Below are positions 26,791 to 40,721 of a stretch of DNA of 64,000 nucleotides, in pieces (positions within the stretch are counted from its first letter, which is position 1; each line of letters begins with the position of its first letter). Source of the DNA: Eledone cirrhosa (lineage: Eukaryota); the NCBI GenBank assembly GCA_964016885.1, contig OZ024743.1, forward strand, positions 234,484,001-234,548,000, in the 5' to 3' direction. The notes below the pieces were generated by a model. The model was not told the DNA's origin. It saw only the letters and a program-made list of their open reading frames with translations, and made no database searches. Position numbers and translations under genes: made by a program.

Positions 26791-27683
26791 AATTAATTCT
26801 ATCGTGCAATGCCTGTGCGTGAAGATATTTTTCAAAGTGAGGAAAGACTGTGCACTGAGCCAATCCCACTCTCTGAGCGACAGTAGCTATAACCCGAAAA
26901 GAAGAAAAGATCAACATCATTGGTAACTACTGAGCCGCAGGTTTTATATCGGAGTTATCCCAGTTTCCTGAGTTGCCTTCTCCTAGAAGAATGCCCTGAC
27001 AAAGGCTAGGGGTCCTTCACTCCCAGTGTTTTAACCGCGCGGTACATGTGTATATACATATTTACACATTTTGGGATGGCCGTTGACTCTTATGAGTTCT
27101 TCCGCCCTTTGTCAGGTGTTGTATTTTGTCCTGCAGGGTGTCCAAAAGCACGCTCCTCACCGAGTAAACTTGGTGGGATTGCCGGTTTAGTCGCCGACGA
27201 CTCGACCATGCGACAGGTTGTACTGGGTTACATGTTACCAGTAGCACTCAAGAGTGACCCGACTTAAATACATACATGCATACATACATAAATGCATACA
27301 TGCATGCATACATACATACATACATACATACATACATACATACATACATACATACATACATACAAAAACAACAACAATAAAGTAATAGACTTAAACTGAG
27401 CATATTTGGACATTCTATAACTCAACAAGAAATTTTGCAAACCGAATTCTGTGTACATACATATGTATGCATGTACACACACACACACACACACACACAC
27501 TTGTATGTAAATATGTGTGTGTGTGTACATGTATGAGTCATATAAACACATAGACTCATACATGTACACACATATATATGAGTCTATGTGTTTATATGAC
27601 TCATTCATACATGTATACATAGACTCATACACATGTACACATAGACTAATACATACATGTACACACACATATCTGTATAAGCA

Positions 27684-27930
27684 CCATCATTTAACGTCCA
27701 TTTTCCCTACTTGCAGAGTTTAGATGGGTTTTCCCAGACTGTGATGGTTTATATGTGGGCACCTGCATCTCATTTATATGTGGTCCTGCATTCTACCAAC
27801 TGCATTTTATGATGACACCAGCAGTAGGGAGGTTTTAATGTCTTTGACATGACTGAAGTGTCATCCCAACCCTTTCTTTGGCAACCTTTCTATGACTGGA
27901 TGCCCTTCCTATCATCAATCACTTTACAGC
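27684..27930 (-). mobile_element. Decayed SINE/LINE fragment sharing the RTE 3' UTR (similar piece ~28235-28300)
   Basis: CATCATTTAACGTCC and GGATGCCCTTCCTA are reverse complements of RTE 3' UTR motifs at 18775-18910. Confidence 0.6.
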
Positions 27931-28350
27931 AGACATGTAAAAAATGCGGCCCTTTACAAGCAAACCTGCGGCCCACACAAAGGTTTTTACAGCGCAAGCA
28001 TGTTTTATCTTTGTAATATAAAATAAAAAAATTAGTTTTAATGTGCACAATTAGTTGTCGTGTGTGGCCCTCAGACAACACATATGTGACCCATGTGGCC
28101 CTCAGGGGACCCTCAGTTCAACATGCCTGCTTTACAGCATGTATTGGGTGCGTTTATTGTGTAGATCACCAACACTAGAGTTGGCACAACTGGAGGGTCC
28201 TCATATCCCTTTTTGGTATGGTTCCTATCGTAAAGTGCCCTTTCTATCACCAACCACTTTACAGGGTGTACTGGGTGCATTTCCATGACACAAGCAGCAG
28301 AAAGGCTGTCAGTTATTGTCCCAACTGAAGACTCCAAATTAAAATGACAT

Positions 28351-28534
28351 TGGATTGGCAGTATCGGTAGAGGGTCGGACGTCATGCTTTCCAGCATAGT
28401 TACGTCCCTTTACGATCTGAGTTCAAATCCCGCCGAGGTTGACTTTGCCTTTCATCCTTACGGGGTCGATAAAATAAAGTACCAGTAATGCACTGGATAA
28501 TTGCTGGCCTTGTGCCTAAAGTAGAAACAATTAT
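28351..28534 (+). mobile_element. MetaSINE-like copy
   Basis: Same A/B boxes, Meta domain and tail as the other copies. Confidence 0.88.
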
Positions 28535-28585
28535 ATTTATTACAGTCACTTTTAGAGCAGTCAGTCGTTAATTATGAAGACATTA

Positions 28586-28770
28586 GTGGATTGGCAGTAT
28601 CGGTAGAGAAACGGACACCATACTTTGCAGCATAGAGTTACGGTCCTTTATGGTCTGAGTTCAAATCCCGCCAAGTTAACTTTGCCTTTCATCCTTATGG
28701 AGTCGATAAAATAAAGTACCAGTAATACACAGGGTAATTGCTGGCCTTGTGCCAAAAATAGAAACAATTA
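28586..28770 (+). mobile_element. MetaSINE-like copy with 17-bp TSD
   Basis: TSD TTAATTATGAAGACATT at 28568-28584 and 28768-28784. Confidence 0.9.
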
Positions 28771-29168
28771 ATTATGAAGACATTTCCCATTACATTAAAT
28801 GGAATGATATAGAATTTCATATTCATAATAGGTACATTTAATGACTTTTAACATTCAAAACCTTTAAAATTATTTATTCTAACAAATATCTTTCAGTGGC
28901 ATGTCTGAACAACATATTTGGGAGTCAGGGTGGAAATGGTCATTTCAATTTTTTGACAGGACTGTGTGTGGGAAAAATAGTAAAATTTTGTACATTCTAA
29001 ATTTTTTTTCATCGTATATAACAGAAGGAAACTAATACTGTAAATATTATTGATGGCAACACTTATAACAATGATGTTGATGATGGCAATGAAAGACAAA
29101 TGACCATGTTGTTGTTGTTGTTGAGGGGTCTATAGTGATGATAATGATTTTCATTATCATATTGGTTA

Positions 29169-29398
29169 CAGTTACTTTTAGAGCAGTCAGTCATTAATTA
29201 TGAAGACATTGGTGGATTGGCCGTATTGGTAGAGGGTCGGACGCCATGCTTTGACGCATAGAGTTACGGCCCTTGCCATTCTGAGTTCAAATCCCGCCGA
29301 GGTTAACTTTGCCTTTCATCCTTACGGGGTCGATAAAATAAAGTACCAGTAATGCACTGGGTAATTGTTGGCCTTGTGCCAAAAGTAGAAACAATTAT
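29169..29398 (+). mobile_element. MetaSINE-like copy (29211-29398) plus 42 bp of extra 5' sequence inside a 16-bp TSD
   Basis: TSD ATTATCATATTGGTTA at 29153-29168 and 29394-29409; 29169-29210 matches 28543-28584. Confidence 0.88.
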
Positions 29399-29589
29399 CA
29401 TATTGGTTATGATGGTTATAGTAATGATGATGATGAGGGTAGGAGGAAAAAAACTACAACAAAAATAATAAGAACAACAATCATATCATCATCATTATTA
29501 TTACCATCAACAACAACAACAACAACAACAAGAAAAAAAATAACAGAAAAAATTCCAATGAATAGAAGAATCAAAAAGAGAAGTGCAAC

Positions 29590-30722
<1,133 letters not shown>

Positions 30723-30764
30723 AGTTATATTAACAAATGGAAACTATATTTATAAAACGATATT

Positions 30765-30829
30765 TATTTCATTATACATATTTGAAGGACACCAAGTTAA
30801 ATTATGGTGTGCTTTCATCAGATAAAATA
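30765..30829 (-). ncRNA. Hammerhead motif, PLE family E terminal fragment (~30727-30900); GAAA>CAAA mutant
   Basis: Same sequence as 58744-58808 and 59032-59096 except that the core G is changed to C. Confidence 0.7.
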
Positions 30830-31135
30830 TAATATAGATCAGTTTTATAAATAAATATTGACATACCCTTAAAGAATGCGACCATTTCTGTTGGAAGCTC
30901 CCGATCACTTCACACAGGCAATACTAGACTGCGTGCGCGAGGTTTAAGGGAGATTACTGCGAAGGACTTTCGCAGTTATCTCCCTTACACCTCCCGCACG
31001 CGTGTGAAGTGACCGAGTTTCTGCGCATGCGCGTTTGTACAGTTGTCCTTCCTGTTCCTATAACCATACATATCCCGAGCTGAAGATTCGCGAAGGTGAA
31101 ATATCCACCACTATATATATATATATATATATATA

Positions 31136-33626
31136 GTAGAATAATCGAGAATCGGAATATCAGCCCACGAAATCACGATAAACAATATCCGACATGTATG
31201 GCAGAGGGCTCAATAATTTGGATAAATCAGAGCTATAACTATCGTTAAAATACCAACACATAGAGATCATGCCTAAAATCACCCGTGCAGCCGAAAAAGA
31301 ATAACCAGGAAGATTCGGGTCACTCAAATAAAATATCAATAAATTAATAATAGATGACGAGACGGAGGCACAGTTCACCATAGCTAGAAATAAGATTAGA
31401 CAAGTAGTAGACAGGTACACTATGAGACAGAGCAGACCAGAGGCCCAACAACTTGGGATAAAACCTGTAGAAGGCTTGGTTAGCCTCAAGCAGCGCACAA
31501 GGGATGGTGAGGTAGTGTGTCTACCCACAGATAAGTCTGGTAGGATGTCAATAGATAGCATGCCGAACTACATCGAGGCAATGCAACCCCACATCACCAA
31601 CACGAGCGAAGTTGCACAACTAACACACGATGGGAGAGAAAAAATCCTCAACGCTCACATGATGATGTGGACTGACATCCTAAAGCCAAGCAGACGCACT
31701 GCCAACAACTTCCAGGCGTCTAACAATGGCATACCACCCTTGTATGGGCTCCGCAAAGACCACAAGACAGTCGACGACCCGACAACAGGACCACCAACAA
31801 GACCCGTATGCGGAGCTAATATAGCTAGCAACTACAGGATCTCCTACTTCCTCTCAATGGTTATACGCCCCATAATCAAGATGTCCCCAGATGTATGTGA
31901 AAGTACAGAGGACCTCCTCAGCAGAATCAGTGAGTGCAACAAAAACAGGAGCCTATCCAACTGCATAATAGGCAGCATGGATGTGGTGTCACTGTACCCA
32001 TCCATTAACATTGATTTTGCTGTGAAAAGATGTGTGGAGATGATCATTGAGAGTGAGGTGGAGTTCTGCGACGTCGACACAGACGAACTGGGCCTCCTAC
32101 TTAGACTTACCTACGACACTGACTACCTAGACAGCCATGACCTTAGATGTTTCTGCCCTAGTAGACCTATAAGAGGTAGACCCCCCCACCATAACCTCAA
32201 TGGCTAAAAAGACTCCCATAGGAAGGTGGATTGGGTGGACCAAAGCCATACGGATCCCCCAAAACACTGATCAGATAAGAAAAATGGTCGCACATGCAAT
32301 AGGGGCTAGTATCAAAACTACCCTAAAGGGCCACATATTTAAGTTCAATGAGAAAATCTACACCCAAAATGAGGGAGCAGCCATCGGCGTCAGCATAGCT
32401 GGTGATGTTGCCAACCTTTTCATGGTATGGTGGGAAAGGAGACTTAAAGATCTCCTTAATGAAAGCTCCATAGACCTCATCATGTACTCTCGTTATGTAG
32501 ACGATATCAATATAGTTATAAGAACACCCCCACTAGAGAGCACTAACAAGTTTGATTTAGAACGTAGCACGATGGAAAGCATCCAGCAGATAGCTAATTC
32601 CATACACCAGAGTATAACTGTAACTATAGACTTCCCTTCCAAACACCCTAACAATAGACTACCTGTATTAGACACAGAACTCTGGATTAACACTATAGAC
32701 GAGAGAGCCCAAATTCTCCACTCACACTATGCTAAGCCCATGGCCTCCAAATACCTGATACTCAAAAACTCAGCAATGTCCAGTAGTGCTAAGTTTAATA
32801 TTCTGATCGCAGATTTGGTACGAGTGATGAAGAATGTGTCCAGCATGTGCGACCCAACAGAAATGGAAGGACACATCCAACACTTCATCAACCGCATGCA
32901 GTTCTCTGGCTACAACCAAAGAGACAGAGTCAGAGTATACGAAGGAGCCATGGAAAAGTATAAGACCCTCATAGAACTGGACATGAAAGGAATTTGCCCA
33001 CTATACAGGAGAAAATCATGGAATAGCTTAGATAGGGCTAGACATAAGATAGGGAAGGCCACATCATGGTACGACAACCAGAGATATCAGAGTGTCATGT
33101 TTGTGGACGCCACCCCTGGAGGGAAATTAGCTAACCAGTGTAGAAAGGCCCTGAGAAAGACCCACTTAAAAATAAAGGTGGTAGAAAAGCCAGGAACCAC
33201 CATAAAATCCCTGATCAGCAAAACCTACCCTTTTAAGAAAACCCACTGTACCAATAGGAAATGTATCATTTGTAAGGTGAACCCCCGGATAAACTGTAAA
33301 ACTAGAAACGTAGTCTATAGCATAAGATGTACAGAGGGTACTTGCAGAAACATGACAACAACATACATAGGTCAGACAGCTCGTAGCATAGGTGAAAGGA
33401 TAGACCAACACTGGGGGGAACTAAAAGGACGAAAAAACGGGTCAGTACTATACGAACATGCTAGACAACAACATGACGGTAACATAGACAACATAGAAAT
33501 TAGAATAATATCTAAACATAGGAATGACCCAGCAGATAGGCAAATCAGAGAGGCCAGTGAAATAGAAATTAGAAGACCAAAGCTAAACAGAAAGAATGAG
33601 TGGAACAACAACAACACCCAAACAAA
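31136..33626 (+). pseudogene. Penelope-like element, non-Naiad type (Neptune/Nematis-like): RT + Cys-rich linker + GIY-YIG; stop at ~31302, frameshift at ~32190
   Basis: TDKSGR, LYGLRKDHK, RPVC, SMDVVSLYPSI, GAAIG, RYVDDI, LPVLD, KPMAS; CxxxxCxxC...C; VVY...YIGQTARSIGERIDQH...RQIREA...PKLNRKNEW. Clade assignment is tentative. Confidence 0.88.
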
Positions 33627-34105
33627 CATTATTTTACGATCGTTTCTAGGACATATATGTGTTAGAATTGGCATGCATATTCAAAAGAGCTATGTACAAA
33701 ATTATACAAACTATCAAGGAGAATATACATACCATCACATATATATGCTGTCTTCAGAAATAATGAAGTATATTTATTGATAATAACAACAATTCAAAAT
33801 TACAGGTCTGTTTGGGAACAGATTTTAAATAGACCAATGAAATACATAAAAATTCATCAAGAAAATACAGTTAAGTGTGTGTATATATGTAAGTAAATTC
33901 GTTCACAGATATGCATAAAATTGTATGTTCATATGCATACGCATGTTGAAAAAGTGTATGTAAATATAAAAATTTAGGGCTAATGTATCTGTATGTTTAT
34001 AATCTACAGACAAAATATACATACATATACATATACATACATATATACACACATATACATACATGCATACACACACACGTATATATACATAAACACACAC
34101 ATACA
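33627..34105 (-). repeat. Inverted copy of the Naiad A 3' tail (38106-38596) including its hammerhead (33627-33765, minus)
   Basis: Near-identical reverse complement, joined to the 5'-truncation point of Naiad A. Confidence 0.92.
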
Positions 34106-37100
34106 TTGAAAAGACCACACTTCAACCTGAAAGATCATAAATCAAACTTTAACTCAAATCCTTCTATAAGACTTATATGTCCCTCCAAATCGGATATTGG
34201 AATAATTAGCAAAAAAATTTTGGATAGAGTCATCCCACAAATAAGAAAACATGTTAATTTACCACTCTAGGAAAACACTTCCCAGGTAATTAACTGGTTT
34301 AATAATATTAGATGTAAATCTTCTGCTTCATTTCTACAATTTGATATAGATAATTACTATTCTTCTATATCACCTATACTCCTGAACAAAGCTTTGATAT
34401 TTGCTAAAAATAGATCTAACTTAACTTTGGATGACATTAATATTATTACACATGCTAGACTAACACTTATTGAATTTCAGAATGAATACTGGACCAGAAA
34501 CACATATAGTAATCTATTTGATATTACTATGGGTTCAAGCGATTCTGCCCAAATTACTGATCTTGTGGGCCTCTTTCTTCTTTTTAACATAAATGCTTCC
34601 TTTCCCCACCTTAAAGGTGGTTTATATCGTGATGACTGTCTTCTTCTTTCCAACAACCTTAGCCTCTCAGGAATAGAAAAAAAACAAAAAACTTATTAGA
34701 ACTTTCCTTAAAGACTATTATAGTCTTCATATTACTTTTGAAAACACAAGTAAAGTAGTTAATTTCCTAGATATAACTTTAGACTTAGCTACGGGTATCT
34801 ACCAACCTTACCATAAACCCAACCAAAACTTACACTACATACACTCACAATCTAATCACCCTAAATCTATCCTTAAAAACCTTGCATATAATATATCACT
34901 TAGAATTTCTAACCTTTCGTCTAACCAAGATGTATTTGATAAAAATGCGACCTTCTATAACGAAGCTCTAGATAGAAGTGGCCACAAAAATAGATTGGAA
35001 TATATACCTTCTACTAATAACACTATAAACATACAACCTAATATTACCAACAAACACCAAATGAAAAGTACACACCTAAATGCCACTCACACTATACCCC
35101 AAAATACCAACATAAAACCAAATTTCTCTAACTCCTCTAATATAAAGTATAGTAACTCTCAAAAAACTACTCATCATACAACTCTAATAAATGTTAATAA
35201 TAAAACTCCTAATAAACAAGCTAAAACACCTAAATCAATAAATCTAACTAAAAATGTGCGTGGTGAGGTCATTAACATTAATCCTCCTAGTAAACATCAC
35301 GATGCATCCTATAAAAACAATAAACAACATAGAAACCGTAATAGACGAGTTACTTGGTATAATGTTCCATTTAATTTACAAATTAAGGATAATATACCTA
35401 AAAAAAATTTTAATATCCTAGAGAAAAACTTCCCGCCAAACCACAAATACCATCAAATCTTAAATAGATCAACAGTTAAATTCTCATACTCAACAACCAA
35501 AAACATAAAACAAAATATAAGTGCCTATAATGCATATAAATGTAAAAAAAACCATAAGTATACCACCAATACATCAAACTAACCATAATATCTCCTCAAA
35601 TACAGAATTAACGAAAGGTTGTAACTGTAGAAACAAAGCAAACTGCCCATTAAAAGGAAATTGTCTTGTTAACAACATAGTTTATAAATGTAAAGTTAAA
35701 ACTAAAGATTCTATTTGCTCATATATAGGAGCTACTTCTAACAATTTTAAGGTAAGGTTTAATACCCACAAACATAGTTTTAAAAATGCCGCACTGGCTA
35801 ATACAACATCTCTAGCAGAAAAAATTAATAGTTATAGAAATAAGAATATAGAATATGATATGACCTGGAGTGTGCTCAAAAGAGCCACCCCTTATCAAAA
35901 TAATAGAAATGAATGTAGATTGTGTTCCCAAGAACTATTTGAAATAATGAAATCTAAGGATATCCTATTAAATAAGCGACAGGAATTAATTATATCGTGT
36001 AATCATAAACTGAGAAAAACTTTTAAATATTATAAACCTAATTAATAATAATATATATTTTAGAAATTAATATATAAATTAATTTAAATGTAGTTAACCT
36101 ATAATTTTAATTTAATTAAAATTCTACTACAGATGAAATTAAAAAATATCGTATAATCATAAACTGTGAAAAACATTTAAATATTATTAACATAATTAAT
36201 ATATACTTTGGAAATTAATATATAGATTAATTTTAGTTTATTTAACCTTTTATTAAAATTCCTTTACAGATGAAATACAACAAAATACCGTGTAATTAAT
36301 AACGGAGAAATACTTTTTAATATTATAAACCTAATTAATATACAATTTAGAAATTAATTTATAAATTAATTTTAATTTAGTTAACCTATAATTTTAATTT
36401 AGTTAGCTTATAATTAAAATTCTAATACAGATGGATTGCAGAATATCGTGTAATCATAAACTGAGAAAAACTTTTAAATATATACCTAATTAATATACTC
36501 TTTACAAATAAATATATAGATTAATTTTAATTTAGTTAACCTATAATTATATTCTACTATAGATAAAATACAAAATTTTGCTTTAATTATTATAAACCTA
36601 ATTAATATATACTATAGAAATTAATATATAATTTTTAATTTAGTTATCCTATAATTAATATTCTACTACCGATGAAATACTTAATTTGGCTTTCCCTATT
36701 ACAAAATTCATTTCCTAAAATTGATACCATCATGTTAATATATGTAATTATTTTTAATTTAGTTATGCTATAATTAATACTCTACTACTGTTTAACTTCA
36801 AAATTCCGCTTTAAATATAATCCTAAGTAGTATACACCTTAGAAATTAATATATTAACTATTTTTACTTTAATTAACCTATAATTAATAGTCTACTTATA
36901 TTAAAATACATAATTTAGCCTTCTTTCTTACAAATACCATTTCCTAATACTGACACAACTATGTAAACACATATTATGATTTAACTGCAGATTAATATTC
37001 TATGTTCCTTGAAACCTATATTTACTATTTCCCACTAACAATTTTAATCCCCCCCCCCCATAATTATTCGTATTTGTAAGCGTGGATGTATGTATGTGTA

Positions 37101-37182
37101 TGTAAGTGTGTATGTATGTTAGTGTGTTTGTATGTGAGTATAAAAATACATATGTGCGCATGTAAATATGTGTGTATGAGTG

Positions 37183-37213
<31 letters not shown>

Positions 37214-37301
37214 GTGTATGTATGTATGTGTATGTATATGTATTTGTAGAGATGTGTGTATGTATGTGTATATATGTGCATAAGTGTCTGACTGTGTGTA
37301 T

Positions 37302-37355
<54 letters not shown>

Positions 37356-37430
37356 ATGTATGTCTCTATATATATGTATGTCTGAGTGTGTGTGTGGTTG
37401 TGTATATATACATGGGTATGTGTGTGTGTG

Positions 37431-37477
<47 letters not shown>

Positions 37478-37565
37478 ATATATATGTGTGTATATATATA
37501 TATATATGTATGTATGTGTGTATATGTATGTGTGTGTACATATATGTATATATGTGTGTTGTGTG

Positions 37566-37601
<36 letters not shown>

Positions 37602-38061
37602 TGTATTTATATGTATGGGTATATGTTTTACTTGTTTTTATGTATATGCATACAAACAGGTTAATATGCGTGAGGTTAGGTATGTGTATGTGTGTGTATG
37701 TACGTATGTATGTATCGAACGTATGGATGTGTAAATGTGCGTATGTATATAAGCATGTATATTTTATGTCTCTCTTTTATGTTTTTTTATATTTCTTTTG
37801 TGAGACATTCGCGTCTGTGTATGTACGTACCCCCCCCCCCTTATTTTTTGTTCCCCCGTTTTTAAGTTTTTTCCTTCTATAAAAAATTTTTTTTTATTTC
37901 TAACTTTATAGATACATTTTTATAAATATGCCGAGTTTGACACTCTCCTTTAATTACTTACTCCCTTACCTCCTTTAATTCTGCATCTAAATGTAAGTGT
38001 GTTGGGCGTGTTTATGTGAGCGCCTCAATATCCATATAGTTATAATAATAATATATACGTA

Positions 38062-38098
<37 letters not shown>

Positions 38099-38171
38099 TC
38101 GTATGTGTATGTGTGTGTTTATGTATATATACGTGTGTGTGTATGCATGTATGTATATGTGTGTATATATG

Positions 38172-38202
<31 letters not shown>

Positions 38203-38652
38203 GTATATTTTGTCTGTAGATTATAAACATACAGATACATTAGCCCTAAATTTTTATATTTACATACACTTTTTCAACATGCGTATGCATATGAACATAC
38301 AATTTTATGCATATCTGTGAACGAATTTACTTACATATATACACACACCTAACTGTATTTTCTTGATGAATTTTTATGTATTTCATTGGTCTATTTAAAA
38401 TCTGTTCCCAAACAGACCTGTAATTTTGAATTGTTGTTATTATCAATAAATATACTTCATTATTTCTGAAGACAGCATATATATGTGATGGTATGTATAT
38501 TCTCCTTGATAGTTTGTATAATTTTGTACATAGATCTTTTGAATATGCATGCCAATTCTAACACATATATGTCCTAGAAACGATCGTAAAATAATGAACT
38601 TTTTTTGTTTAATATAAGGAACTGTTTCTTTGTTTTATTCATTATTTTTTTA

Positions 38653-38660
<8 letters not shown>
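34106..38660 (+). mobile_element. Naiad-type PLE A, 5' truncated; disrupted RT+GIY-YIG at 34106-36045 and a long AT-rich tail
   Basis: [66 protein letters not shown]...FKVRFNTHK, CRLC, LNKRQEL...CNH. Ends at (TA)n. Confidence 0.9.
38458..38596 (+). ncRNA. Type-I hammerhead with long stem II (Naiad A)
   Basis: CATTATTT-CTGAAGA-CAGCATATATATGTG...CACATATATGTCCTA-GAAA-CGATCG-TA-AAATAATG; 8-10 bp stem I, palindromic stem III, GUA cleavage triplet. Confidence 0.82.
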
Positions 38661-38686
<26 letters not shown>

Positions 38687-40720
38687 AGAATATAAATATT
38701 AATAAAATAGATGTTCTTTTGATCAATTACATTTTATTATACATATTTCGGATGTACAACAGTATGTCCTCATCAGACAAAATATAATGATACATGACAT
38801 ACCCTGAGATGTTAAATGGTTAAGATTTAATCAAGGTAGTGATTAACCTAAGAGAAAATTTAACATTTATACCCTAATAATGAGAAAATGCAAAAACGTA
38901 ATAAATTCAATAGAGAATGTGTGAGTAAGAAAAACGTTGCTTAATGGACCAGTTATCGATATTTTAATATATATGATACTACAATTTTTCTAGGAAAGCA
39001 TTTCATGAATTATAACAGTCAGTGAGAGAGAGGGAAAGATGGGGGGAGGGGGGGGGGGGGGGTAATGTATGCAGAAGGAGATTTTTTTCAGAAAGTTAAA
39101 CGGTTAAGTTTGAAAATATTTAATTTATGTTATCTTAGGGTGAAGAATAAAGATTTTAGGGGTTTTTTTTTTTAAATTGATGGTTATTTATATATTAGTT
39201 TTGTAAATTTTATAAGTGTGTTAACATTTCTAAGCTTCTGAATTTTTTGAGGATAACATTTAAAGGATTTAGCTGGCCATTAATAAGGAAAGTTTACACT
39301 GTTGAATATTTTCCTAAATGTAATCTTTAATGAAGTTAGTTATTGTCAACGTATTAGGTATATAAAGCTTTTGAAGTACTTATTGTTAGAAATATTTAAA
39401 TAACGGTTATGTATATAGATATATATTAATTAATGAGCCAGTATATTTTAGGTAAATGATAATGAAAATAAAAATAAAATAATAGATTGAGGCATGTTAA
39501 AGTTAAATATATACCCATATATGTATTAATTATTCCTAGCTCAAAGTAAAAACAATCAAAAAATTTAGAAGTTAACTGAAAATTATAGAAAGATACAGGG
39601 AGTTATATATGGATATATCTTATATTAGGTATTAGTGATACAGTATACTTTAGGTAAATGATAACGGTTATAATTTTATATAATAAAGTTCTACGTGTTA
39701 AAGTTAAATACATATATATATATAAGAAAAACAATAATAAATGCATGGATAATTCATAGTTCAAAATAATGTTTATAATAATTTGTAATTTGGATATTTG
39801 CTCTATATTTGAATCATGGATATAAAAATGCGGTAGGTATATTTAAAAACATAGAAAATATAATTACAAACATATTATAAATAAGAGATCAGAAACGCAT
39901 GAAAAATTCAGTTATAAATAAGTTCAGTAAAGATATAAGGGTTGGATATAAAACTCAGATTTAAAACTTAAGTAGGAAGATAAGGATAGAGAAATAACGA
40001 AATAATGGTATGTATCAAAGTTAACAGAATAATGTTATGTGTATCAATGTTCCGGCATGTTATTGAACAAGTGTCTTTCATTCGAGCGTTATTTCTTCTA
40101 TAGATAGTTATAAGATAGTGCAATATTAAAGGCCACTAAAGTTTTTCCCTGTTGATTTTATACGTCTGACAACCAAGTTTTTAATGGTTTAATGTTTCTC
40201 TCTCTTTTTTTCTCGTTTTGTGGGAGGCTAAGATTGTGGACGTAGCTTTATAGAGGCAACTAGAGAATAATCCACTTTTTTTGTTAATTAGGGTCTCGTA
40301 GTTATTAATAATCAACAGGGTCTCCATTGTACAGAGCGCGCAGTTATTTGATATACTAGAGTTGTGGTAAACTCCACAGTTCCGAAGTTTTGTCCAAAGA
40401 ATGGAGTATTTTAAATTCTTCTCTTTTAATGACCATATGAGCAGTGATAAAGACGTGGATGATTTCCTCTTTGAGTTCGAGAATGAGCATTTATGGTTCG
40501 CAAATCTGGCTTTAAAAGTGGAAGAAGTCGATCCTATGTAGTTGTATGTGTTGTGATCAGTTTTTACGGTGCATTTATAAACTAAATTACTATCTAGACA
40601 ATTATTTTGCAGAGGGCAATCAGTTTTATTTCTACAATTACATTTAGGTTTAGTATCATTTATGTTAACTCTATTATTAATATCATTATGCTGGTTTTGT
40701 TTTAGGATTTTAGTGTTTAA
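38687..40720 (-). mobile_element. Naiad-type PLE B, 5' truncated; open GIY-YIG frame 40181-40720; hammerhead 38731-38783
   Basis: Minus-strand translation CNCRNKTDCPLQNNCLDSNLVYKC...YIGSTSSTFKARFANHK...CALC...LINKK (no ATG, so absent from the ORF track). Tail-to-tail with A on one (TA)n tract. Confidence 0.88.
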
Positions 40721-40721
40721 T

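Noticed and set aside
33627-33780. C-terminal ~50 aa of the 526-aa ORF
   Set aside because: Read-through into the inverted Naiad A tail.
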